The notes: generated by a model from the letters alone, not told the origin. 64,000 nt of DNA from Takakia lepidozioides (GCA_030704615.1 CM060731.1:40362001-40426000); one strand, 5' to 3'; numbered from the stretch's first letter, positions 23,301 through 36,800 are shown. A program made the numbers and translations.

Positions 23301-25560
23301 GGCTTCACCCCTTCGCGCATCATTTGCTCATAGGTCTCCAAAGCCTCCATCCCACACCCTTGCTGTGCATATCCTGCAATCATCGCATTCCACGACACCA
23401 CATCCCTGCTGTGCATATCCTGCAAGCATAGCGTTCCACGACACCAAATTTCTTTCAACCACAGTGTTGAAAACTCCCTCCGCATCCTCGATCCACCCAC
23501 ATTTGGCATATGTCCATGAGGGTATTGTTCAGAATCAGTGATCACATCTGGTACAATTCCAACTTTGGAAATCATGCATGCATGCCATTTGGAAATTAGC
23601 TGAGCAGCCATAAGATTTACCAAAAGCCTAGTATACCAACACGAAACCGGTTTTCCTTTCTGAGAACAAAAGATCATGCATTGAGAATGGAAATGAACAT
23701 GACCTTGTTGGGCTTTTGGCCTTCCCGTATCATCTGCTCATACATCTTGAAAGCCTCCGTACCACACCATGTTGGGCCGTGTTTCTACTGTGTTTCTGAC
23801 AGTAAACTAACTATGGCAGTGATAACTACAAAGAGCCCCTGGAGGGACACCTTACCTGCTGACACCAACTGAATTCCATCCCTTGTGCTCTTCGAGCTTC
23901 ATGTGAACAGCCCTGCCATATTGTCAAACACTACATGCGCATCCGTTATGTTCCCACATTTGGCATACATGTTAGCAAGGGCAGTTTCCAGGACGATATT
24001 TGGCTCAATTCTGGCTTTGATAATATCAGCATGGATCTTTTTGCCCTTTTCCAGGTCTGCTAGGCTGGCACATGCATCGAGAGCGGAAGTGAATGTGACT
24101 TTGTCCGGTACCCACCCTTCCCATATCATTTGCTCATAGGTCTCCAAGGTGACCACACCCTTGCTGAGCATATCCTGCAATCATTGCACAATGCAACCAC
24201 ATCTCGTCCAGCCATATTGTCGAAAACTCGACGGGCATCCTTCATGCTCCTGCACTTGGCATACATGGCAGCAAGGGCAGTCTCTAGAATGATATCTGGT
24301 GCAGTTCCAGCTTTCATAATGTCAGCTTGGACCTGTTTCCCCTTTTCCAGGGCACCTATGCTGGCACACGCCTTGAGAGCAGATACGAACGTGACCTTGG
24401 TGGGCACGGCCTGCTAAGACCAAGCTGACTCTCCCAAGAGCCTTGTAAACATCAGGAACAATACCAATTGATGGTCCTAACAGCAGCCAAGAGCCCACAT
24501 TTGCAGGATGGACAAATCCACATTGTGCATTAAGAAAAAGCCACACCTTGCGATTGCGGCCTCGATGAGAAGCCTCGGCCTGCGAAATTGATGCAATGTG
24601 GGACGATGACACCGGGTACAATTCCAGTTCTGACGATGTCGCCATGGACCTCTTTGCCCTTTTCCAGAGCTGCACGGCTTGCACACACATTGCAAACGCA
24701 CACAAACGTGAAGTGGATGGGCTTCACCCCTTCCCCCATCATTTGCTCATAGGTCTCCAAAGCCTCCACCCCGCGTCCCTGCTGTGCATACCCTGGCAAT
24801 CATCGCGTTCCATGACACCACATTAATTCGTTCAGCCATGGTGTTGAAATTAACTGCCTTCGTATCCTCAATGCACCAAATTTTGGCATACATGTCAAGT
24901 AGAGTGACAGGTAGTGAAATCCCAGTCCCCTGCCAAATTTTTTTCCAATGAGGGGCTAGAGCAGCACAGCTGGACTAGCTTGTGATTTGTAGGCTGTGTA
25001 CATTTCTGGCTGAGTTCCCATAATCCCCAGAATAAGCTCCTGCATGGGTTGATAATCAAAGGGGACTGAACCCTGACGGTGTGTCTATGGCACCCTATAC
25101 CTGAATGAAATAGGTTGAAGAAGAAGGAGCTCTCACCACATTGTCTGGTCTGTGAGAACCCAACGAGCTAACTTACAGAACTCAACATGCATCTCAGGGC
25201 CGAGTCTGATGAGAGGGCAAAACAGGCAGAAATAGGTTGAAGAAGAAGGAGCCCTCACAACATAGCTAACTTACACGCTTCTGCCCCTCCGCGCTCAAGG
25301 ATGCGGGGACTCCCCGCGCTGCAAGACATCGTACAGTCTCCAATGCCTCCATCCCACATCCATGCTGGGCAAATGCTCAGCCATACTGTTGAACACTGCC
25401 ATCTTTCATGCTCACACACTTCTCATACATGTTCCCCAGAATGATGGTTGGCACGATTCCAGCTTTCAATGGCAACATGGACCTCTCTAGAGCTTGAAAT
25501 CCGGCCCTCTTGCATGAATCTGAACGTAACTTACTCATTCCAGGCTGTTGAGTTTGCACG
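20347..25560 (-). pseudogene. Second, inverted array of broken PLS-class PPR triplets with E-domain remnant (array 2)
   Basis: Same P-L-S units on the - strand. E region EHFGCMVDLLDCAGRVEVAKDFMNKMPIEPAASVWQTLLGACRIHG at ~20350-20610. N-terminal-type motif near 23010-23140. Interrupted by foreign inserts at 20852-21650, ~23580-23690, ~23780-23900, ~24410-24605 and ~24900-25330. Confidence 0.9.
20855..21291 (-). pseudogene. Exon-like fragment encoding a GW-motif-rich low-complexity peptide, inserted in PPR array 2
   Basis: gtgtag acceptor near 21292, then ...NRGW...NTGWDA...NNGWDA...SGGW... Confidence 0.4.
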
Positions 25561-26963
25561 TGGACAAGTGCTTCGGTGAGGCAATTGCCGGAAAATAAGG
25601 TGATACCTGCTGCTGCAGAGATAAGATAAAACCTGGTGGGAGCCAATCCCACAAAAGGCTACCCTTGGCACTAGACTGAAATTTAAACCTGGGGCGGGGA
25701 GTCTACCTTTGAACAATAAACAGATGCAGAGCGAAAAAGGGAGATTGTCAATGCCCAATGCGCAGGCGGCCTGAAAACAATATCCAATTTCTCATACAAT
25801 GCCTATTCCCAACAGAGAGGGACCCTCTTCAGGACCATCAAGAACATAGTCCCTGCGTCTCTGTTCACCAACGTCAAAATCTCGAGGCTGAGCCTAAAGC
25901 CTCGGGGGTCTAATTGATGGGCAGCCCACACACAGCAGATTCATGCTTGTGTGAAGGGTTTTTTAAGGGATATCTGTTGTTTTTTCCAAGGTAAGTCCCA
26001 CTACCGGAGTGAGCCCATCACAAAGGTAGAGTCTGTTCCCTCTTGTTCCTCGTCTCTCTTACCTGTTTCTGGATACTTTGGCAGTATCATGTCAAAGTCA
26101 CTCCAACTATTAAAGGTTCACCCAACCAGCTAACTTGCAGAATTCAACATGAAAATTTAGGGCCGGTTCTGATAAGAGGGAACCCACACTCCATCCCTGC
26201 TCCTTCAGCTATCCATGCCTCTGCACAAATCATGCATACATCCTTGCCTTGCTGCTAGCAACATACAATGACAGCCTAGAATTCTTCCAGCAAACATCCC
26301 AACCATACTTATCAGACTAGTTCCTATGCTGAGTTGCATCTGCTTCCAACAGGCATTCACCTTTTTGTCTCCATTGTCCCACAATTGACTGGCTTCGGAG
26401 AAGTGTTCATTCCAAAGCTTCTCCTCGTCTCTCTTATCTGTTTTTGGATACTCTCCTGCTGCCACATCGGCACTAACTTATTCATTCCAAACCACCACAG
26501 ATCCACTGCAACATATGGCAAATGAAAAGCTACAACTTGGATGCAGACACCATATTCAATATGCAAATTTAGGGCCGAGTCTGATGAGAGCGCAAAACAG
26601 GCTGAAATAGGTACTAACAGGAGGCAGAGATTGAAACACGGCCTGGCAAGACCAAGCTGACTCTTGCAAGAACTTGTTGTGTGTGCTGCTTGTGTCTGTA
26701 GTCAGATAATGTCGGATCGATCTATGAGAATCACCACGGTGCATTCGAGCAGGGAGAGAGTGAAACACAGCTGACTCTCCCAAGAACCTTGTCCCGCGCT
26801 GCAACCTCGCACGGTTATTTTCGGACAGTCCGGGCAGACATTAAAACACATTCGGGCAATACGGGCAGATAAAAAAAAATTGACGACGTACGAAACGTGG
26901 CGACGATGATATGGCACTATGGCACCCTATTCCTGCTCTACGCTAAACTAGCTCTCGTCCTTC

Positions 26964-27861
26964 TGTCGTCGCTAGAATTAGAACAAGCCTTAAAAAGACA
27001 ACGAGCTCTTTTATATTGGTAAAACAGATAAGGAAAGTAAGACTAGGAGCATCACTCCACACAACACACCACACCGATGTGTGCCTTGACAAGGGGTAAG
27101 GTCCTTTGACCACATTTTCCATTGACTTCAACAATACATGTAAGTCTCTCTCTACAAGAGAGCCAATAAATAAGTATAACTATTAAAAAAATATAACCTC
27201 ACAAATCAGTCCCCTTAATAATAGTGAGAGGAGAAAATAACCTCTTTCACAGTAACCTCGCCGGGAAGGCTTTCGCATGGGACACCGCCCAAGGGAAGGG
27301 GGAGAATAACATACCACACCCGTCAAGGTAGCAGGATTTGACACCTGGGTGGCACGAGGAAGGGGGGGACGGCCTGGCCACTGTAGGTACTTCCCGCTGT
27401 CCGTCCCATCCCTCATTCCTTCTCCCTGGCTATCATGGCTAAAACATATGTGTAGGGTTTAGCCGGAGGGCTCTTTATGAGAGCTTCTCTTGCTAAACTT
27501 CTATGTTACGTCGTCACGTGTGTACTACACCGACAATCCTGGCCGTCCCCCTCCACACGTGCGGAGGGCCCAACCACTATGGCTAGATGGGACGGACGGA
27601 TTTTTGCCGTGTGAACCTGCCTTTCAGGAAGGCCCCTGTCCAAGGGCCTCACCCTGCGTGAAGAAACAAGCAGGATTTTATTTACCATGGAGGGTTGGGT
27701 GATCTCAATCTGATGGCTCACAAGAGCAGGAACCTTACACGACGTAAGGTGCCTTCCTCTCGAGGAGAGGAGGAACCTTACGCGGCGCAAGGTTCCATGC
27801 TCACCTGGCGGGAGGTCCTCTCTAACTAAAAATTCCTGGCCGGGTCTTTACGGGTCCAACA
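26964..27861. mobile_element. Putative solo LTR
   Basis: Bounded by TGTCG...CAACA and non-coding. Partial homologs at ~18620-18720 and ~58400-58531. No target-site duplication found. Confidence 0.4.
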
Positions 27862-27921
27862 AATTTGGGTAATGAACCATAACTGCATTTAATAGTTTGT
27901 CTCAAATGGATAACTACTATC

Positions 27922-28516
27922 CAGTGTTGGACTGGTATCGTATTTTGAACACACCAGACTGGTACTGGTATATAGGCCTCTGGCCAATTGTGATACCAGG
28001 GAAGTACGGTATTGGCAAAAATCTAAGATTTTGATACCATGGTGGTATCAATAATACATGATTAGTGTGGTGTTATACGGGTATCAATAGCAAGAGTTTT
28101 TAGAAATCGATACCAGGGTAATATCAATACTGGTTTGGTATAAAAAAAACTCCCACTTCTCATATAAATGTGTACAAGCATGCTTCTCATTGATATTATT
28201 CCTCAAAGTATCCAGCTTCACATATTTCATCTTCCGGCCTGATTTTTATTTTGCTTATTGAAAGCTGCATCCATATCGTGCATAGTGCATAGTGCGCAGT
28301 CGATATTGATACCTAGGTTTTCCTGACAAAAATGGACCTGGTAAGTGGTATCAAGTACCAGATTTCTACCAGACTGGTAGGGTATCGTCCACAATATTAG
28401 GAAGCACATATCAGGCCAATACGGGTATATGCTAGGTAGTGGCATGAGGCGATACAGACTGGTATTTCATACCAGTATTGATACTAGTTTCTTATCGGTA
28501 TACCGGTCCAACACTG
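27922..28516. mobile_element. hAT-type non-autonomous element (MITE)
   Basis: TIRs CAGTGTTGGACTGGTAT / ATACCGGTCCAACACTG; 8-bp TSD CTACTATC / GTACTATC (7 of 8 match). Interior is packed with GTATC/GATAC/CTGGTA subterminal motifs. Confidence 0.85.
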
Positions 28517-29659
28517 GTACTATCCATGAGGAGCATGCTCTCTTGAAGGAATCTGGGTACCAATGTAGTTTAACTAGTATTGATGAATTCATGTCTATAT
28601 ATATATGCCTCCCGGAGGGAGCGTAAATTATGGTGTCTCTTCACCACAAGGCTACTACCTTCCAGCTGAAAGGTGGACACTTTTATGACACACCAGACCG
28701 TGGTTTGAACCCACAACCACATCCAACGTGGTATGTGCCCATTACCACTGCTGGTTGTCGAATTTATGTAAGATGTAGATTTCTTGTTTACACTAACTAA
28801 GATTGGTATTGGTATGAGGTAAAGTCTTGGCCCCAAAACTTTCTTGCTTGTCCCAAAGGCGGAGACAGTGTGGGCTAGTGCACGGTTTTTCATCCGTTGG
28901 ATGAAATGACAGTCCAGCTCAAGGGAGTTGAACCGGAGACCTCTCAATCACTCTCTCTTGAATCTGTCACATTAATAAAGAAAATAGTTAGGAATTTTTC
29001 TCTCCTGGTAGGGTAAAAAATCCATGAAAGACCAATCGTTATTACTATATGGGCTTGGAGTAGAGTTCAATAATCTGTAGTTACCCCTATCCCCCCTTGA
29101 AGCAAGAGCAAAAATGTGTGGAATTTGTTGTGGGGAATTCCTCTCTTTGACAGCAGATGAACTCCAGGATATTTAATTATTATTACAATGTGTATAAACA
29201 AGCGGCTAGTCACAGTCGCATGGCTCCTCCAGGATCTACTTTCATCCAATAAACTTGAAATTCGTCTATTCATTTTTCATAAGTTGTTCAATAACAGAGA
29301 TGTTACCTAAGGGAGGTGTTAGAAACAGAAGCTAATCATAGGAGCAGTTTTCAACAAAGGAGAGGAGGGACACTGGGGAAGGCACAATAGGTGTTTAGCC
29401 ATTTTTGACACCGATCTGTCGTCTCCTATTTATTCTAAAGATGAGCCGATGTCCCATGTTTGATCAAAGTTGGTGCCTCAAGAAAAATGATTAAAACCCC
29501 AATTTCCTATGTAATGGCATTTTCTAAATCAATAAGATATACTTTGATATTTTTAGAAAATTGGAAACAAAATGAGTGGATCCAGGCTCACTTAACCTGG
29601 GTCTCTCTGGTTTGGGGATCAGAGTTCAGCTTTACAAAACCTGAATTTTTTCTCAAATC

Positions 29660-29990
29660 ATACCCCACCTACTGACTCACTGTTGCAAATTTGTAGATTC
29701 CATGGATTTAGCGCAAAATTGTAAGTGAGTATTTTGGATACTCATCCTTGATTCTCACCTTCGGCCCAAAATGACACTACAAAGGAGCTACAAGCAAAAC
29801 ATATCTGAAACCTCTGAAAATTTGTGGGGAGGTAGGTTACCCAGTGAAGAGTGTGCTCCCAAAACTTCCTTGTATCTTGGGAATCTAGTTCAATATGAAA
29901 ATCCGGAACTTTTGCACTCAAAAGACTTGTGGGGTTTTTTTTCGCTCTCCCTTAAATTGTTATAATCTCCCAATATCTGCAGTGGATTTC
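29660..29990. repeat. Dispersed repeat; diverged inverted copy at ~44730-45035 in a SETD3-like intron
   Basis: GAAAATTTGTGGGGAGGTAGGTTACCCAGTGAAGAGTGTGCTC is the reverse complement of GAGCACATTATTCACCAGATAACCTACCTTCCCACAAAATTTC, with further collinear blocks. Confidence 0.7.
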
Positions 29991-30849
29991 TCTGAATCTT
30001 CTTTTGAGGTGGTAAGGGGCCAAGTTAGCTAACTTTGTATATAGTCAGTTTCCATGGTTGTTAGATGTTTTACTAGGCCCTTTCCTGTGCTGGGGGTTGA
30101 CAGAAAAGGGCTTGGGTGTTTAAGGGATGACCTGATCTAGAGGCCCTAGACTACACATGCCCGAGCCTAGATCATGATTATAACCAAAGATCTACGTAAA
30201 ACTCACAGTTAATTAAGTTCAAATATAACTAATAGACATCATTGAGTGCATTTGACATCAATTTTGGACAGGAATCACTTTTTGCAATACCCACGTCCTG
30301 TTTGGGTGTTAAATTTTAAAAACATTTCCATTTTGGACATTATTCTGTATTTCCACCTGTACACATACAGTTTCTTGCCCATATCAGCAAGGAGAGAATG
30401 GTGTGGAGAATGTTCAAATGGTAAGGTAATACTATTGTAGCAATACAATGTTGTCAATTTGCCATACTGGAACATACATAAAGAGCTTCCAGCCCATATT
30501 AAACTTCCAGACAGTTGTTGGTCAATGCTGCTGTCAGCTCGACATGTCTTTCTGCGAATGGGATCTATGGTTGGATTGGACAAACTCAAGCACGGACTGA
30601 ATTAATAACTAGTTCTTTGCATTCAGCAAAGACAATTACTGAACCCTTGAGCTACATTCTGCTCTTAACTACTGATGCCTCATTTGCATGTTTTAGATGC
30701 ACTGCAGCTGGTCACAAACATTCGAACAAACTTGAGCAGAGAATTCTTTCCAAAATTCTGAACTTCGCCTATGTTGTCCTTTGGTCCGGCGGTGGCTAGA
30801 AATAGGCATAGAAGAGCTACACAAAACAACATTACCCAAAAACTAGAAG

Positions 30850-33800
30850 TTACAACTTGCGTACGCTCCAATTGTAGAACGTAGGCTTTGAACGAAAAAT
30901 GCTCATGTTGGTTCTGATCAGAGGAGAACAAGTGGGGTTGCAAGGGTAGGGGCAATCAGTAACTGCATTTGTCGTTGTTGTCCATCTCTCAAAATACCAA
31001 TCTCCGACAGCTTGTGAGGTAGTCTGAATTTTGAACACATCCAACAACAATGTGCATGAGATGGAATAAAATTTCTCTCTACTGTTTGCTTACTTTGTCT
31101 CAGAGAGCCTACAGCCAGTGAAAGTCGGAAGTGTAATATGCCATAATATCTATCATTGCCAAATTCAGATCTGATGCCAAATGCACAATCTCTTGCAGGG
31201 TCGGGGGAAGAGGGGCCAACAGTTAAAACCTTTTTGTTGGCATGAGGTGCATTTGGTCCACTCCAGTATGCATCAGAAGATGCCTGGCAATGGTGGAAGC
31301 ATGAATCAACGAACATGCCATTTTTCTTGCTGTTCTGTACAGGCTTGAGGGCTTCCAACAATGTGATTCTGTAATCTGTCAAAAACTGACCATGTGAGAT
31401 GGAAAAATGCAGAAGCGTTCCCCCTTGGCAGAAAATTTCATGAAAGCAAATAGACTTCGTGATTTAGTTCAAACAGTGTGCTATGGAGGGAGATTACCTT
31501 CTAAGGCTGTGAGTTGGTCCTCCGAACAGTTTGCAGGATCATCCTTGCAAATGGCCCATAAGCCCCCAGGGTCGGAAGAGGCTGGGACAACAATATTATC
31601 CAGCTACATACATGTAGTGCACAATACATCCCATTAGTAAAACAGTAACATCATTTTCTCAGAGTCAAGGTTTCACATTAAGTTTTTTGGCAGAACAGGA
31701 CTGCCATTTACAGTGCATACAGTAATTTCCATCTCAAAAACCTACAGGAGAGTAGCCAAACACAAATTGCATGTTTCAGTGCAAGAGATGATGTCAGTAG
31801 GTTCCACACAGAGAGAGTTTGCAAGGGAGTGGAAGTGCCTTTACCTGCCACCAATCATAGCCAGAATTGAGAATAAAAAGAGGCGTCTTAATATAGGGGA
31901 GTAAATACTGTGGAAAGAAGCACTGCACCACCAATTTGCCAAGACCCCATTAGTGAAATACAATCTCTGGAAATCAAAAGCTAGATAGGAGGTGTGTCCC
32001 TCTGCTAGGTATTGGATCATTGCCTCACTATTGCCAGAGAATCCAGAAGGGGTGGAAATCACATCTAAACAGGATCGCAACAGACTCAGTAGAAGAGAGC
32101 TTATGGAACTACATGTCAGGAGAACTTGGAAGCTACCCAATCTCACAACAAAGCTCCATTTCTATCAAGAGACATTCTTGGTTCTCCGAGATGATAGAAT
32201 CTTGTGGCCCAATTACCTTTCCGCACCTTTATCTTCTTCCCTCCTGAATTGGGGCGGTTCAGGTTTTCCGCAATCTACGGATAGAGACTGGCAGATGGGA
32301 AAACCTGCAGTGGGAGATTCCACTGTCTATTCCGCGGAACTCAATCTCTCACTGAAGTCTTCCACTATGAGGATCAGAAATGCTTGGCAGCTTACCTGCA
32401 CGAGGCCTTCACCCTTAGACAATCCCTCGAGCAATAGTTTAAATTTTGGCTCAGGTTTTGTGTCCTCTCTCATGTTTTTTCCCATTTTGTCCTGTAATTT
32501 CTATGAGCTTTCTGCGGACGTTATAAAGTACCATTTCATTTCATTCATTTCTCTTATCAGCCTCCTTCCAACCCCTCCTTTCTGCTCTACCAAAGCGTGC
32601 CACTGGCTCTGTATAGTACATCATGGTTGCATGAGTACAATGAAAGAGAGAGCTCTCGCAGGGGCATGATATCGAATGTTTACAGTGAAGTCTGGATTCC
32701 ACATCCTACATCTACACCCCAAAAGACGGGGGCCATGGTGGGATTGCTGCCACTATCAGCACACTCAAATTTGTAAAAGCTGTACCAATCTGCTAGCCAA
32801 CCCTTCAAAATATGGGTGAAATGCCTAGAGCACAACCAGCGCCACATCCAAGAGTCCACAAATTAGAGGATACCTGAGCTGCATTGTGCCTCTGGGTGCA
32901 GTCTCTTGGCAAAGTGTCAGCAATGCTCTGTCACACCCAACCCAAAATAGGCATCCTTGTCACAAGGACACCTAATTGGAACCTTGACTATGGAAATACA
33001 TGTTGTATTTGAGTGCTTGCTTACCTATCCCTCATAAATTGAAGATCTGTTCCTCTCGCCCATCCTATAGCAGTGCACACGGCGATGGTCAAGTTACCTG
33101 CAGATCAACTACATTCTTGAAGAAATTTTGAAAGATGTTTTCTCCTTTGAAGGTTTGCCTGCAACCAGAAAACAATAAAAGATACAAACGAGAACAAAAC
33201 ACATTGACATGAATCAATAGCAACGACCCAAAAATGCTTGTCTGTATAGTGGAATGAGAGTTGAAATAAACAAAACAAAAACTTGTTAACGTCCATGGGG
33301 GGCCCAAGAAAAAGAAAGAAACTTGTTACATCCACAGGAGGCCCCAAGAGCCCATAGAACAAAGTTAACCAACAAATAAACCACATCAAAAAACTCCAAA
33401 GGTTCCCCTAAGATGAAGCCCCACAAGAAGGAGGGGCGAACATATGTCCACTTCTGTAATAGGCTTTAGTGCTGAAATGTATCATTGATGGAAGTCCCAA
33501 AATTATAGACCACTCCAACAACAAGTTCTTTACTGCACGAGTGCTGCAAAACTATGTGGTCTGCCTTGTTCTGTCGGAAGAAAGAGAAAAACGTACTTGT
33601 CAACAAAGAATCCTGCATCACTCAAGCACTTGACCACTTTGGCATATGGCAGGGCGGCTCTGAATTTGTCACAATGGAGTATGCTGGATAACCCGCCTGC
33701 TGAGCACCCAGCAAGCAAAGCCTGCATATCACAGATCCATGACTATGATATCACAAGATATGTAATTAAACCACATCTGCTGTTCATCCAGTGACCAAAT

Positions 33801-36800
33801 TAACTGCATCCAGGCCACATTTATGGCTTAAGAAATGTCCAGGCTTCTCTGAATTTCAGCATTTGTCAGATTTTGCAGCAAAGTTCTCTGCACTGTTGGC
33901 AATTGGTTCTCATCACACCTTGTCTCCATGATATGTCAGTATGGTAGCTTTCTCTTCATAGTAGCCAGGAAACTTGGAGTACCACCACACCTTCCAAGGA
34001 TTACAGATACAGAGACTCCAGAAACTTGCAGTAAAGAGAGATTTATAATAGTCGAGATTCTTTTCTACTCATCAGATGGATGATCATAATTGTTTGGTGT
34101 TGGGATGATCTATGATTATTATTGTGAGAGGTACACCTAATAACGATATGCCTGGCATGTTGGTAACAGATTGGGAAACAGTGTAGGCAGTGTTTCTATT
34201 GATTGCTTACCTTATCAGCATGTCGCATGCCCTTAATAAGGAGGTCCTCTATCACAACCCTCCAAATAGCCTCCCCTCTGTAATAGAGACTTTTAGCCTG
34301 CAACCAGCTCCCCAAATAGTGGCAATAAAGAAGAAAGTTAGTCAGCTATGCTTAGACAAATCCATGTCCACTATAGTTCTTTGGTCCAGCCCTCTCTGTC
34401 TCTCTTGCTAGTTTCTGTCCATTTGTGTTCCACTCAAACTGGGCACGGGGTCAATGGCCACAAGGCTATGGCAAACATCGTCTTATGAGTACATTCTCTT
34501 GCTCCCATGGGCCCTTGTGCCTCAAGCAGACATAAGAAATTTCCTTCTTTTTCTTTCTGTCTATCCCTCTCTCTCGGGCATCGTTTGATATATTCGAGAG
34601 TGTTATATAATTTTCTTTTTTCCTTCTCTCTTTCAATTTCATTTGGGTGTTACAATGTTCCTTTCTTTCTTGAGCTTTTGTTGCTTTTGGGCTGTTTGTG
34701 GCCCCTCTCACTTTCTTGCTTCTTACGTCCTCTCATCCCGTAAGCCATTTGAGCTTCCCATGGACGTTATTTAGTACCATTTCATTTCTTTCTTATCTCA
34801 GGTCCATCCGAGCCAGGCGTAGTGTCTGACAGCAAGCAGCATCTTCTCTGACAAGGACAAACACGTACCCTGGCGGGCTGAGACCACAACCTGCCCCCAG
34901 AGGCTCAGTATTCTGTAGGGAGTATCTGCTGAAGAGTCCGTCACACATTGCCAATGATATGCAAGGATCCATGACTACAAGTCTCTCAACAGCAAGCAAA
35001 GACTGAATACATACTTCTTACTATCTCTCACACTCTCAAGGACTAAATCTCCCTTGTAGACAGAAGCTTACACCACCCACATGGACCACACTCTAACCAT
35101 TGTGTGCCTAGCTTGAGAGTGTTTACAAGAAACAGAAAAGAAGAGCAGCCACAAGAAAAGCCATTTTGAAAATTCAACCCCCACCCAGCTCACAAACACA
35201 TTGCAAAAGCAGTTTAGTGAGGTGAAATACCTCCTTATCTGCTGGCAAGCTCACATTGCCACTGAAAGAACCACCATCGCAGTATCTAACAAAAACACGA
35301 TTCCAGTTGAAGAAATCTGCCACACACCCACCCATAACAAGTGCTGAGTGCCAAAGATTGATGAAAGAAATTAGGAGCTGAACCCTTGCTTTCTTGGTGT
35401 TATGATTAGCGTAAATCCTGGTGCTGTGGTGAGCAAACAAGAAGCAATGACTTCGACAGATGCTCCATGAAAATCAGTGTGCAGGGAGAGGAGGTTTCAA
35501 TCTGGTTTGATGGCAAGCCCTTTGAAGCTGGGTGAGATCCAAGAAAACATACAGCTGACACCAACTGACTTGTTGGTTATCCTCCCTACAAAAAGTGGAG
35601 AAGCTTAACCCTTTCCTAACTGGCCTGCCATTTGCAGGTATATCTAGTTCCCAGTGATATCTAGCAGGATATAAGGAGCTGGTCTCGTGGAATCTTTAAA
35701 ACAATGCCTCTCTTCTACCCAAAGAATCTGAACCCATACTCGGAAGCTCTGCAGCCATCAGGTTCCCACAAATGAAGTCCTCAGATCTCTTGAATGTTGG
35801 GTTGGAAGCAGCACAGCTGAGAGTGTGATATGTGACAGTGCTTGCACTTTGGAAAGCCAGATACTGAATGAGCAGGTGATGCTGGGAACTAACATGAGCA
35901 GCATTTGGCTCGAAATGAGGGTTGCTGCAAGAAAAGTGTGGCCTCTCTTGCAGCAACCTCTCTGAACAAAGATGAAATAATCCCGTCTTTAATATGCCTT
36001 CTGTTATGTCCTGCAACTCTCGACTCGTAGGTCGCCATTCGAAGTTTCTCTGATGAAATCGAAGGGAACACAGCTTGTCTCCTTCACCCCCACTGGTGCC
36101 TTCATATTGTTAGGTGCTACCCAAGTATGCTTAATCTGACTTCAGCTTGTAAGTGCCCTAATTCATTCCCTAGCAGCCATCTCACGATTCGAGGGTCAAA
36201 TGCGGTGTCTTGAGGCTTGTGCCTCTTCCCCCTATTTTGTTGGGGTTGGTTGTTTGCTGCCACTGTCTGTTCCATCTTTCCCTTGTGTCTGCAATGGTTG
36301 TCATTTGTTGGCTTGCTGAGTTATGATGAAGTTCTTGGGTATATAAAGTTTGTTCTGGGGTGTTCACCCCATCCTTGGCAGTAAAGAACACAAGAAACGA
36401 AAAAACACAACAAATTGCTAGGTGCTTTTGAATAGCGAGAGGTGGCTGCTTACCAGCACCCAAAGAATCCACCTACCAGGATTAACGTGTTCAAAATTGC
36501 TGAGAATGCCTTCAAACACTTTAGGTGGCATGAACGTGGAGGAACCTAGCCTAGTGTTGGAGCGCCCCTGGCACGAGGCTTCGCTTTCACACCATGCTCC
36601 TTCCTGTAGGTCAAAGCTCCAGGAAGTTATAAAGAGTTTAAGGATCATTGAACACTACCACTCTGTTCTAGAAATTACTGCTTAGGTGCCAATCAAATTC
36701 ACACTTGTATTGCAGTGCAGAATTCTGGAATAAGGACTGACCTCCAAGAAAACCAACCAATTCCGGGCGTTTTTCCCAGTGCCTTTGTGTAGATGATAGC

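Noticed and set aside
8488-24826. Many ORFs antisense to the PPR arrays (e.g. MLKTPFAS...HLAYMSTRAV)
   Set aside because: Reverse-frame shadows of the PPR repeats.
26581-26605. C/D box snoRNA (TGATGA...CTGA)
   Set aside because: Boxes are only ~15 nt apart, and CTGA is not conserved in the second copy.
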